The translations under genes were made by a program, and so were the position numbers. The notes below the pieces were generated by a model, which saw nothing but the letters and a program-made list of their open reading frames with translations, ran no database searches and had not been told where the DNA came from. 32,000 bases of DNA from Methanothermobacter thermautotrophicus str. Delta H (lineage in GTDB: Archaea; Methanobacteriota; Methanobacteria; Methanobacteriales; Methanothermobacteraceae). Below are positions 1 to 8,476 of this stretch, in pieces (position 1 is the first letter of the stretch; each line of letters opens with the position of its first letter). The stretch is taken from positions 1,080,001-1,112,000 of the forward strand of contig NC_000916.1 in the NCBI RefSeq assembly GCF_000008645.1, in the 5' to 3' direction.

Positions 1-43
1 CGGTTTCTCCCTCCTTCAGTGGTGCTCCATCATTCTCTTTCAT
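1..43 (-). CDS. 5' end of an unidentified CDS running off the left edge (MKENDGAPLKEGET...)
   Basis: Reverse strand ATG at 41..43, open to position 1, starting just downstream of the MinD-type operon. Too short to identify. Confidence 0.45.
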   Translation of the reverse strand, partial: MKENDGAPLKEGET

Positions 44-104
44 GTCAATTCAGCCCCATTTAGCATTAGCTCATCAACCATTAACTTGATCTGGGAGGTT
101 GAGT

Positions 105-1001
105 TTAGTCAGCCAGCCCCATATTTAGCATTAGCTCATCAACCATCCCCCTAAATAGCTTTTTAAGGTGGGGATTGAAGATCACTGCGGGTAATCCGTT
201 GACCAGAGCATCTGTAAATGCCAAATCATAGGGTATTATTCCCATGATGGGTATCTCATTTCTATCTGCAAGATCTTCTATCTCAGCTGCGATCTCATGA
301 TTTAAATCATATTTATTGATTATTATGGAGTGTGGGATCCCAAAATGACTTACAAGTTCTATTGCACGTTTAGAGTCATTTATAGCTGCCTTTGTAGGTT
401 CCGTTACTATAATGGCCCGGTCACATCCCTTAACTGATGATACCACAGGGCAGCCAATACCGGCTGCTGAATCCAGGAGAGCCAGATCCATGCCCTCCGC
501 TCTTCCAATTTCAGAGACCTTTCTCCTCAGAGAATCCACAATCTTTCCTGAGCCTCTCTCACCAATTTTAAGATGGCCGGATACCACAGGGAAACCGTAA
601 TCAGACTTAAAATAGCAAATCTTTCCTGTATCCACTTCTTTGATGTCTATCGCTCTATCAGGGCATATATATGCACATGCTCCGCATCCTTCACAGAGAA
701 ATTCATTTATTTCAGGTTTTGAGTTCTTTGCACTCCATTTTATTGCATTGAATCTGCATACCCTCACACATTTCTTTCTTGATTTGCATTTTTCAGCCAT
801 TAAGAATGCCTTTTCAGAGGCCCTTATGGTTTCGCACTCCACATCCCCTGAAGATCCCATGATGAGTGCCAGATTGGGTGTGTCCACATCGCAGTCTCCA
901 AGGATTATTTCTGCTCTATCAGCAAGTAGAACAGCCATTGAAGCCACTATGCTGCTCTTTCCAGCCCCACCCTTTCCTGAGAGGATGCATACCTCCTTCA
1001 C
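105..1001 (-). CDS. MinD superfamily P-loop ATPase with inserted ferredoxin domain (copy 1)
   Basis: Walker A-like GKGGAGKSS, two Cys clusters (CRFNAI; CEGCGACAYICPDRAI). GTG at 999..1001 preceded by GGTG and overlapping the TAA region of the upstream gene is a better start than the TTG at 1022. Confidence 0.88.
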   Translation of the reverse strand: MKEVCILSGKGGAGKSSIVASMAVLLADRAEIILGDCDVDTPNLALIMGSSGDVECETIRASEKAFLMAEKCKSRKKCVRVCRFNAIKWSAKNSKPEINEFLCEGCGACAYICPDRAIDIKEVDTGKICYFKSDYGFPVVSGHLKIGERGSGKIVDSLRRKVSEIGRAEGMDLALLDSAAGIGCPVVSSVKGCDRAIIVTEPTKAAINDSKRAIELVSHFGIPHSIIINKYDLNHEIAAEIEDLADRNEIPIMGIIPYDLAFTDALVNGLPAVIFNPHLKKLFRGMVDELMLNMGLAD

Positions 1002-1002
1002 A

Positions 1003-1878
1003 TTAACACCTCTGCATCTCAAGTAACCCTGCGACAGTATCTATTCCTGGAACATTAAGGGGTTCACCCCCTGAATAGGCCTCCATTAAATCCTTAGAAT
1101 ATTCTATTTCAGCCACAATGGGCCTCCCTGTTTCTCTGGAAACCTCGAGTACCGGGTCTGCGTTACCGATTCCTGCACGGTTGAGGATAATACTTGAAGT
1201 TACATCCAGCCTCTCAAGTAGCTCAAGTATCAGCTTCAGGTCATGACTCCCAAAGGGTGTTGGCTCTGTAACAGCAAAGGCAAGGTTAGCATCCATGATG
1301 GCATGTATAACATTACAGTGGACTCCTGCTGCTGTGTCAATGATTATGAAGTCCATATCATGGTTCTCTCTCGCATTTTTCATGAGTGAGTCCACCAATC
1401 GTGCGCTTGATTCTATATTCACAGTTGTTTCCCCGGAAAGTAACCTGAAATTTCTTCTAATTTTCTCATCATAATTTTCAGGGAGTTTGCCATCATAAAG
1501 GAATCCTGCGACCATATCCTCATCCTTTATTGCATTATTTCTGCATGAAAGACTGCATGTCCCACAGCCACTGCATCTATCCCTGACAAGAATTGGGTGC
1601 CTGCCCTCCACAAATACGATTGCATTTTTCCTGCACACCTCTGAACATTTACCACACATGGAGCAAGCTGAAAAATCAAAGGAGGGTATCTGAAGAGTTA
1701 CTTCATCTGTTTTTCTTCTCTGCACGGACAGGATTATGTGGTCATCTGGACACTCAACATCTGTGTCCACCAGGAGCACCCTGAATTTATCGGCGAGGGC
1801 TATGGCGAGAGAACATGCTATGGTTGATTTTCCTGTTCCTCCCTTTCCCCCGGTTATTGCTACCATTAAGGGCTTCAT
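1003..1878 (-). CDS. MinD superfamily P-loop ATPase with inserted ferredoxin domain (copy 2)
   Basis: GGKGGTGKST Walker A, CSMCGKCSEVCRKNAI and CSGCGTCSLSCRNNAI [4Fe-4S] motifs. Confidence 0.9.
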   Translation of the reverse strand: MKPLMVAITGGKGGTGKSTIACSLAIALADKFRVLLVDTDVECPDDHIILSVQRRKTDEVTLQIPSFDFSACSMCGKCSEVCRKNAIVFVEGRHPILVRDRCSGCGTCSLSCRNNAIKDEDMVAGFLYDGKLPENYDEKIRRNFRLLSGETTVNIESSARLVDSLMKNARENHDMDFIIIDTAAGVHCNVIHAIMDANLAFAVTEPTPFGSHDLKLILELLERLDVTSSIILNRAGIGNADPVLEVSRETGRPIVAEIEYSKDLMEAYSGGEPLNVPGIDTVAGLLEMQRC

Positions 1879-1908
1879 CGAAACACCGGCTCATCATGGA
1901 TTTAGTGT

Positions 1909-2283
1909 CTATCTTCTTCTCCTGCCACGGCCACTGCCTGGTGATCGTATCTCCTCAAGATTTCCCTCTGTGAAGAGCTTGAGATTCTCCTCAACTGATG
2001 TGCCGGTTGCCCGGTAAATTTTTATGCCCAGTTCATTCAGAACCTCAAATGCGTTTGGACCTGGTGAAGAAGCTATAACTGCCTTCACGCCATTATTTGC
2101 AATTATCTGGGCTGTCCTTATACCTGCTCCTCCTGAAGCTGATGCTGAAGGGTTCTCGATGACTTCGGAGGATTCTATATTACCCTTCTTCATTTCAACA
2201 ATCATGAAATAGGGAGCTCTGCCAAAAAATCTACTGACCTCTGATCCCAGATCGGTTCCAGAGGACGCTATTGCTATCTTCAT
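1909..2283 (-). CDS. NifX/NifB-C-terminal (dinitrogenase iron-molybdenum cofactor) family protein
   Basis: MKIAIASSGTDLGSEVSRFFGRAPYF... GIRTAQIIANNGVKAVI, typical of the family; start codon overlaps the stop of the upstream gene. Confidence 0.82.
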   Translation of the reverse strand: MKIAIASSGTDLGSEVSRFFGRAPYFMIVEMKKGNIESSEVIENPSASASGGAGIRTAQIIANNGVKAVIASSPGPNAFEVLNELGIKIYRATGTSVEENLKLFTEGNLEEIRSPGSGRGRRRR

Positions 2284-3101
2284 TAATTAGCACCACCATC
2301 TTTAAGGTATTTCGCCAGTTTATTGAAGATCTTCACCATCTCATTGTTGATGTATGAACTGGCTGATGATTCATTATCCCCGGATATCCCTGTTTCAAAG
2401 GGGATTTCACCCAGAAACTGGAGATCAAATTTGTCTGCAAGATATTTTCCACCATCTTTACCGAATAGAAATACCTTTTTGCCGCATTCTGGACACTGGA
2501 GATATGACATGTTCTCTATGATTCCCAGGACTGGAATCTTCAGGTGATTAACCATGTTGATACATTTTTCAACATCATGGATTGAAACTTCCTGAGGGGT
2601 TGTGACTATGACCACACCGTCAATGCCAGGAATGGACTGGAGAACCGTCAGTGGCTCATCCCCTGTTCCCGGAGGGTTATCCACAATTAAAACGTCGATT
2701 CCTTCCCAGTTAACATCTGCAAGTAGCTGTCTGATGGCTCCTGTCTTTTTTGGTCCCCTCCATATGACCGGTGTGTCCTCTGATGGTAAGAAAAACTCTA
2801 TGGACATTACAGTTGCACCCACTGGTGTGGGTATGGGGTTTATAAGATTTCCTGTCAGGGTGATCTCCGGTTCCCTGACACGCATCATCTTCGGGATATC
2901 AGGGCCGTGGACATCTGCATCAAGTACACATACACTGTAACCATTCCTGCTAAACTCTTCAGCAAGTTTTACTGTTACTGTGGACTTCCCAACACCTCCC
3001 TTTCCGCTCATAACAACGATTTTATGTTTTATTTTGGACAGGGCCCTCACGATTTTCACGTCCTGTTCCATTATGGCCAGTTTTTGAGCATCTTCAGTCA
3101 T
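2283..3101 (-). CDS. mrp: Mrp/NBP35 family Fe-S cluster carrier ATPase
   Basis: VMSGKGGVGKSTVTVKLAEEF, DADVHGPDIPKM, ENMSYLQCPECGKK. ATG at 3099..3101 follows GAGGTG; the TTG at 3113 is unlikely to be the start. Confidence 0.9.
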   Translation of the reverse strand: MTEDAQKLAIMEQDVKIVRALSKIKHKIVVMSGKGGVGKSTVTVKLAEEFSRNGYSVCVLDADVHGPDIPKMMRVREPEITLTGNLINPIPTPVGATVMSIEFFLPSEDTPVIWRGPKKTGAIRQLLADVNWEGIDVLIVDNPPGTGDEPLTVLQSIPGIDGVVIVTTPQEVSIHDVEKCINMVNHLKIPVLGIIENMSYLQCPECGKKVFLFGKDGGKYLADKFDLQFLGEIPFETGISGDNESSASSYINNEMVKIFNKLAKYLKDGGAN

Positions 3102-3109
3102 GATGCACC

Positions 3110-3460
3110 TCAATGACGTCCGTTGCAGGGATCTGCATCTTCTCTGAGCTCACCCTTCTTGAGGAGGTTGAGTGTCTCAGCCACTGTTCCCCTGGCACCC
3201 ATCAGAACATCAACTCCATGGGTTCTGAGAAGGTTAATGGCCTTTGAACCCATATTTGTGCATATGAGGAGATCTGCATCGGAATTTACCACAATCTCTG
3301 CGGGTGTTAGTCTTCCTCCGGTGTGTCTTCCCTCTATTTTTATTATTTCCAGTTCATTTACTTCGTCATCATAAAAAGCGAATAGGGGCGTTTTTCCAAA
3401 GTGTTCTGAAACCTTTGAATCCATGCCCCTTTCTTCCATGACGGGAATACATATTTTCAT
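3110..3460 (-). CDS. NifX/dinitrogenase Fe-Mo cofactor family protein (MTH1175-like)
   Basis: MKICIPVMEERGMDSKVSEHFGKTPLFAFYDDE... ATG at 3460; the upstream 59 codons of the ORF-track entry overlap the DUF134 gene. Confidence 0.85.
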   Translation of the reverse strand: MKICIPVMEERGMDSKVSEHFGKTPLFAFYDDEVNELEIIKIEGRHTGGRLTPAEIVVNSDADLLICTNMGSKAINLLRTHGVDVLMGARGTVAETLNLLKKGELREDADPCNGRH

Positions 3461-3476
3461 TTTATGGTCCTCCTGT

Positions 3477-4046
3477 TCAGTCGGCGCCGCACATTGGTGC
3501 TCCGCACTTAGGACACTTCTCTGTTCTGCAGGGTACGCCTGGTGTTTTAGGTGCCTCGTATCCACATTCAATGCATTTGCAGACACGTGGAGCTCCTCGT
3601 CCAGCACCAAAGCCCCTTCCGTATCCGCCTCTGCCAAACCTTGGTATTGTTTCGGCTGATACGACGTTTATGTTCTCTGAACCGCAGTCCGGACATTTTT
3701 TGTATTCCTTTTCAGGTGAGATCCATTCGAACTGGCAGTCCATGCATTTGTATCTTCTTCTGTCTGTGATGTAATCACCTCCCTTCAGTATTATTGGTCT
3801 GCCCTCGACCAGAGCCGCTGCTATTTTACCCCGTGCTGATGTCAGGGTTCTGTGGAATGTTGGCTGTGATATTCCCATTATCTCAGCGGCCTTTTTCTGT
3901 TTGATGTCATGGTAGTCCCTCAGCCTTATTGCCTCAAATTCATCGAGGGTTATCTCAACCCCTGTCTCCTCGTCACTGGCTTCCGGAGAAAATGTGACCA
4001 CACGGGGTTCTCCAAGAATTCTTCTGAATCTTCTCGGTCTAGGCAT
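3477..4046 (-). CDS. DUF134 family helix-turn-helix DNA-binding protein with Cys-rich C-terminus
   Basis: MPRPRRFRRILGEPRVVTFSP... EITLDEFEAIRLRDYHDIKQKKAAEIMGISQPTFHRTL, followed by CxxC repeats. Confidence 0.9.
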   Translation of the reverse strand: MPRPRRFRRILGEPRVVTFSPEASDEETGVEITLDEFEAIRLRDYHDIKQKKAAEIMGISQPTFHRTLTSARGKIAAALVEGRPIILKGGDYITDRRRYKCMDCQFEWISPEKEYKKCPDCGSENINVVSAETIPRFGRGGYGRGFGAGRGAPRVCKCIECGYEAPKTPGVPCRTEKCPKCGAPMCGAD

Positions 4047-4068
4047 GTTTTGAATATATATTCAAAAC
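4047..4068. repeat. Perfect 22-bp palindrome GTTTTGAATATATATTCAAAAC, candidate operator
   Basis: Read directly; ends at the base before the DUF134 ATG (4044..4046). Confidence 0.75.
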
Positions 4069-4070
4069 TT

Positions 4071-4080
4071 GTATATATAG
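4071..4080 (-). promoter_or_regulatory. Candidate TATA box for the DUF134-Mrp-MinD operon
   Basis: Minus strand AAAACTATATATACAAG about 25-30 nt upstream of the start codon. Confidence 0.65.
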
Positions 4081-4153
4081 TTTTTGCACCAGCACCATGC
4101 AATCAGCTGAAAAGCCAGACCCCTCCCTAAATGGCTGTCCCACAAGCCCCTCA

Positions 4154-5188
4154 TCATATCTCCTTAAAAGGGACCAGGTCAATAACCGTTATCTCACAGG
4201 ATGATCCGAGACGTACAGGTGGACCCCATGTACCTGTGCCCTCCGAAACATAGAGGAACCCCCCTGAATCAGAATAAAGTCCCCTCAGAAATGGGAACAT
4301 CAGTCCCACGATGATGTTGAAGGGGTAGAACTGTCCGCCGTGGGTGTGACCAGAAAGCTGAAGGTCAACACCACGCTCCCTGGCATCCTCCCAGTCCACC
4401 GGCAGATGATGGAGGAGCAACACTGGCCTATCCTCATCAAATTCAAGTAAGTCGAGTATGGCCGGGAGCGAATGCCTCTCCATAGAATAACCAACACCTA
4501 TTATCTGTATACCCTCAAATTCGATGACAGACTGATCAATACACATTATGCCTGCATCAGAAACAGTTGATCTGAAGTCACCCGAATAGGTATCATGATT
4601 ACCCGAAACAAAAAATATCGGTGCTCCTGTTTCAAGGGATGATATAATGCTGGAATCCACAGGCCTTGAACCATCCAGAAGGTCCCCTGTTATTAAAACC
4701 GCTGCCGCTTCAACCCTCCTGACAGCCTCGGATACCTCTTTAAGGAAACCAGCAGATCGTACCGTTCCCAGGTGAATGTCTGATAGCTGGACGAACCTCA
4801 AGCTCTCCTCAACAGGAAAGGGAATCTCAACACGCTTAACCTCAATTTTTCTGGCCCTGAATACACCATATGAGACACTGAGTGCAGCCAATGATACAGC
4901 CAGGATCTTCAAGCATGGAAGATCCAGGAAGAACCATATAAACTGAACTAGGGCCCAGCCCGTGAGGAGATAGATCAGAAAGACCAGCCACAGCATTGAA
5001 AAAATGTAGGTGACCCTGGAAATGGGGTTCGGTCTCTCCCTCTCAAAAAGGATTGATGCCGGGAGAAGGATGGTCAGGGGGATGCTGATAAACCCCAACC
5101 CAAGAAATTCCAGAGCAAGGCTGTTTAGAAGGTAATAGGCAAGTGTGATGAAGGTGAGGAAAACAGAGACCTGGATCTCCCTCTTCAT
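4154..5188 (-). CDS. Membrane-anchored calcineurin-like metallophosphoesterase
   Basis: N-terminal hydrophobic segments, then LSDIHLG, ITGDLLDG, GNHD, LSGHTHGGQF motifs. Confidence 0.92.
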   Translation of the reverse strand: MKREIQVSVFLTFITLAYYLLNSLALEFLGLGFISIPLTILLPASILFERERPNPISRVTYIFSMLWLVFLIYLLTGWALVQFIWFFLDLPCLKILAVSLAALSVSYGVFRARKIEVKRVEIPFPVEESLRFVQLSDIHLGTVRSAGFLKEVSEAVRRVEAAAVLITGDLLDGSRPVDSSIISSLETGAPIFFVSGNHDTYSGDFRSTVSDAGIMCIDQSVIEFEGIQIIGVGYSMERHSLPAILDLLEFDEDRPVLLLHHLPVDWEDARERGVDLQLSGHTHGGQFYPFNIIVGLMFPFLRGLYSDSGGFLYVSEGTGTWGPPVRLGSSCEITVIDLVPFKEI

Positions 5189-5235
5189 GGAATCACTGAA
5201 CCATTGAAACCATGGCTGAATCGCCCGGTATTCAT

Positions 5236-5271
5236 TGAATCACTGAATCACTGAATCACTGAATCACTGAA
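5236..5271. repeat. 8-bp tandem repeat (TGAATCAC)x4 plus partial TGAA
   Basis: Read directly: tgaatcac tgaatcac tgaatcac tgaatcac tgaa. Confidence 0.95.
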
Positions 5272-6173
5272 CTCTCAGGGAGGAGCTTCACCAGGATGTA
5301 GTCATACATCATGGACTTCCTGATCTCGGAGATATCCCCCAGCCGGTAATCAGATACCCTCACGTCGGCTATCTCCTCATGGTAGCGGTCATAGTTGAGT
5401 TTGACACGGACACCATCAAGCTGACTGGTGACAGGTGTCGGTGAGTACACCTCCTTTATGGCAGGTACCTGGTTCTCTATCTCGCTCTTCACAAGTATGG
5501 ATGGGACCAGAGGTGGATCAGCAGCCATATCGCGACTTCTCTTATCAAGGAGTCCCTCAACAACCTCCACAAGCTTCCTTAACGCTCGTATATCCTCTCC
5601 CCTCTTCAGCCTCCTGGGTATTCTTCCAAGTCCTCCAACGTAGGCGTCTGCACCTGGAAGATCCCTGAGGTCAATCTCGTCGGGGGAGCCGGTGACAACC
5701 ACCGGGATCTTTATGTCACTGAAGAGGTGGACCTTATCCTTTATGCACTGCTCAAAACTCCCCAGGGCGAACACTGCGAGGTCATGCTCCTCTATGAGCC
5801 TCTTCTCATCCTCAGATATTCTTGAAATGCCCTTACCCGCGCCACGGGCGAGTCCTATCATGTTATCCTTGGCACCGTACCTCCTGAGGTACTCTGATAT
5901 GTCACATGCAGAGTGGGGAAGGTGGTGCCTTGCCAGGGTCGGGGAGACAATGGCTATCTCGGTACCTGCCATGGGGGCCACCTTGATCTTCCCCAGGAGC
6001 TCCCTGGCCTTCTCCCTGACCTTATCCACATCATCTATTGGTACCGCCAGGGTGAGTATCAGGTCCATCTGAAGCATGTTCTCCTGGAGCACAAAGCCCC
6101 CCAGGTCCTCAATAAGTTCCTTCATCTCCTCATGGCGATGCACACCGCCCTGATACGTTAAGGTTTCATACAT
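5256..6173 (-). CDS. Probable methanogenesis marker protein 7
   Basis: [45 protein letters not shown]...; family recognised from memory, paired with a probable marker 17 gene. Confidence 0.7.
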   Translation of the reverse strand: MYETLTYQGGVHRHEEMKELIEDLGGFVLQENMLQMDLILTLAVPIDDVDKVREKARELLGKIKVAPMAGTEIAIVSPTLARHHLPHSACDISEYLRRYGAKDNMIGLARGAGKGISRISEDEKRLIEEHDLAVFALGSFEQCIKDKVHLFSDIKIPVVVTGSPDEIDLRDLPGADAYVGGLGRIPRRLKRGEDIRALRKLVEVVEGLLDKRSRDMAADPPLVPSILVKSEIENQVPAIKEVYSPTPVTSQLDGVRVKLNYDRYHEEIADVRVSDYRLGDISEIRKSMMYDYILVKLLPESSVIQ

Positions 6174-6688
6174 AGTTTCCTCTCCAGATACCTGTACCTG
6201 AATAGAGCCCTCTTAACAGGGTCCAGGGGGAGGTTCCTGTGTGAGGGCACCCTTATATAGTCAAGTTCCATGTAGTCAGGACATACAGTGAAGTCAGCAT
6301 CCCCATCAACCACGCTGAAGCCCATGTCCTCCACGATCTCCCTTAAGAAATTTGAATAAACCCTTACTTTTATTTTGCTGTTCCTCTCCCTGAGCCGTGA
6401 GGGGTCATGCCACCATGGAGAGCAGACCTCAAAGTCAATCTCACTGGTTGATGAATACTTGAGACTCTCAGGGTCCCTTTCATGGATTGTCTTAAAGACA
6501 GTGCCCACCGCCTCCCTTATCTGGGGGAATGTGTTGAGTTTAAGTTTAATGGCCCCCTCCAGGGGTGTCTCAGAGAGTACGAAGGCAACATCTGCATCCT
6601 CGTCCTCAGGGTTCCTGCTAACCCGGTATCCCCTGACACCTGCAATCCTCAGTATCCCCTCACACATGGGTGTTGTGACGATCCTCAT
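6158..6688 (-). CDS. Probable methanogenesis marker protein 17
   Basis: [42 protein letters not shown]...; ATG at 6688 preceded by GGGTGA; overlaps the downstream gene start. Confidence 0.7.
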   Translation of the reverse strand: MRIVTTPMCEGILRIAGVRGYRVSRNPEDEDADVAFVLSETPLEGAIKLKLNTFPQIREAVGTVFKTIHERDPESLKYSSTSEIDFEVCSPWWHDPSRLRERNSKIKVRVYSNFLREIVEDMGFSVVDGDADFTVCPDYMELDYIRVPSHRNLPLDPVKRALFRYRYLERKLCMKP

Positions 6689-6776
6689 GAATTCACCCAC
6701 AAGCCTATATATCTCATCAATAAATTTCTCTATAATTATTATTTATAAGGTGTGCTGATGAACTGAAGGTGTGGCA

Positions 6777-7451
6777 ATGAGAATAAGGCTAAGCTTTGAA
6801 AGACCGGAAGGCAGTGGACTGTGCATAATGGTGGATCTCCTCAGGGCAAGTGCAACCATCACAGCAGCCCTTGACCGGTTCAGGGAGGTGATCCCTGTCG
6901 CTGACATTGAAGAGGCCATGGAGTACTCAAGGAAGGGCTACCTCGTTGCCGGTGAACGTGGAGGTGAGACGCTCCCAGGATTCATAGCAAATTCCCCCCT
7001 TGAAGTTAAGAATTACAGGGGAGATGTGCTGGTGCTAACCACCAGTAACGGCACAAGGATCCTTGAATCCGTTAAGTCAGATGCCCTTGTGGGGTGCCTC
7101 AACAACCTCGATGCGGTAGCTGAGGCTGCAAGGGAACTTTCAGATGAAGTAGAGGTGGTTATGGCCGGTGTTAATGGGAGATTTGCCATAGAGGATTTCC
7201 TCTGCGCCGGTGAAATAATAGCAGCCATCGATGGTGAAATGGACGAGTATGCAGAGGCCTCGGTGCTTGCAGTTCAGGACAGATCACTGGTTGATGATGC
7301 CATCCGCAGATCCAGATCGGCTGAAAGGCTGGGAGGCCTTGGATTCATGGATGACGTTGAGTACTGCATCAAGAGGAACATAACAGGGAACGTTCCAGTC
7401 TACCGTGATGGGAGAATAGAACTCATGGAGGAAATCCGGAGGCTGCATTGA
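6777..7451 (+). CDS. comB: 2-phosphosulfolactate phosphatase (coenzyme M biosynthesis)
   Basis: VDLLRASATITAAL, GERGGETLPGFIANSPLE, TTSNGTR, GCLNNLDAVAEAA; GGTG spaced 5 nt before ATG 6777. Confidence 0.9.
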   Translation: MRIRLSFERPEGSGLCIMVDLLRASATITAALDRFREVIPVADIEEAMEYSRKGYLVAGERGGETLPGFIANSPLEVKNYRGDVLVLTTSNGTRILESVKSDALVGCLNNLDAVAEAARELSDEVEVVMAGVNGRFAIEDFLCAGEIIAAIDGEMDEYAEASVLAVQDRSLVDDAIRRSRSAERLGGLGFMDDVEYCIKRNITGNVPVYRDGRIELMEEIRRLH

Positions 7452-8152
7452 AGATGAAGGAACTCAGGATCATAGGAACCGCGCATGTATCAAGTGAAAG
7501 TATAGATGAGGTCAGAAGGACCATCCTTGAGATGGAACCAGACGTCGTTGCAGTTGAACTGGACCCTGAGAGATACCGCAGACTCATGGATGAAAAACTC
7601 GGGGTTCAGAGGGATGAACCATCCCTTCGGGAAGCTCTGCGCCATGGTAACATTGGAGTGATCCTTGCGGGCTGGTTTTTAACCTACTTCCAGCGGAAGG
7701 TTGGTGAGGACCTGGGCGTACAACCAGGCTCAGAGATGCTGGCAGCCATAGAGGCCGCCCATGAGGTGGGGGCGGGCCTTGCACTCATCGACCGTGACAT
7801 CGGACTGACCATGCAGAGGTCCATTAAATCCATGGGGAGGATGGAAAAACTCAGGTTCTTCGCAGGGATAATAAGATCATTCCTCTGGAAGGATGACCCG
7901 AAGGACATCGAGGACCTCAAAAGTGATGACACCCTCCTTGAGGTTATGGAGGAGTTCAGGAAGATCTCCCCGGCAGCCTACCGCGTCCTCGTTGAGGAGA
8001 GGGATGCCTTCATGGCCCACAGACTGCTCTCAATCGAGGAGGACAGGGTGGTGGCTGTTGTGGGCGCGGGTCACCGCAGGGGTATAGAGGAGTACCTCCA
8101 GAACCCCCAGGAACTACCACCCCTCGATGAACTCATGAAGATACCCCGCTGA
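7448..8152 (+). CDS. TraB/PrgY family protein (short, lacks the C-terminal membrane region)
   Basis: IGTAHVSSES, VVAVELDPERYRRLM, VVAVVGAGHRRGI. Start TTG 7448 or ATG 7454. Confidence 0.85.
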   Translation: MKMKELRIIGTAHVSSESIDEVRRTILEMEPDVVAVELDPERYRRLMDEKLGVQRDEPSLREALRHGNIGVILAGWFLTYFQRKVGEDLGVQPGSEMLAAIEAAHEVGAGLALIDRDIGLTMQRSIKSMGRMEKLRFFAGIIRSFLWKDDPKDIEDLKSDDTLLEVMEEFRKISPAAYRVLVEERDAFMAHRLLSIEEDRVVAVVGAGHRRGIEEYLQNPQELPPLDELMKIPR

Positions 8153-8250
8153 CATATACTCAAATGCACAGTAGAGGATCATGGCTGAAGGAAAAAATCA
8201 TTAATTAATGATCCCCCATAAATGTAAACAAGAAGCTGCAGTGTGATAGG

Positions 8251-8466
8251 ATGTACATAATATTCAGATGCGACTGTGGAAGGGCCCTCTACTCAAGGGA
8301 GGGTGCGAAGACCCGGAAATGCGTCTGTGGGAGAACCGTGAATGTCAAAGATAGGCGCATATTTGGAAGGGCCGATGACTTCGAGGAAGCATCAGAACTG
8401 GTAAGAAAACTGCAGGAAGAGAAATATGGCTCCTGCCATTTCACAAATCCATCAAAAAGGGAATAG
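8251..8466 (+). CDS. Small zinc-ribbon-like DUF1922 protein (MTH1184-like)
   Basis: [33 protein letters not shown]; paired Cys motifs. Confidence 0.82.
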   Translation: MYIIFRCDCGRALYSREGAKTRKCVCGRTVNVKDRRIFGRADDFEEASELVRKLQEEKYGSCHFTNPSKRE

Positions 8467-8476
8467 ATTCAGAGAT

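Noticed and set aside
7448-8152. Possible frameshifted TraB gene with a missing membrane domain
   Set aside because: The downstream 98 bp contain no hydrophobic continuation in any frame, so there is no evidence of a recent pseudogene.
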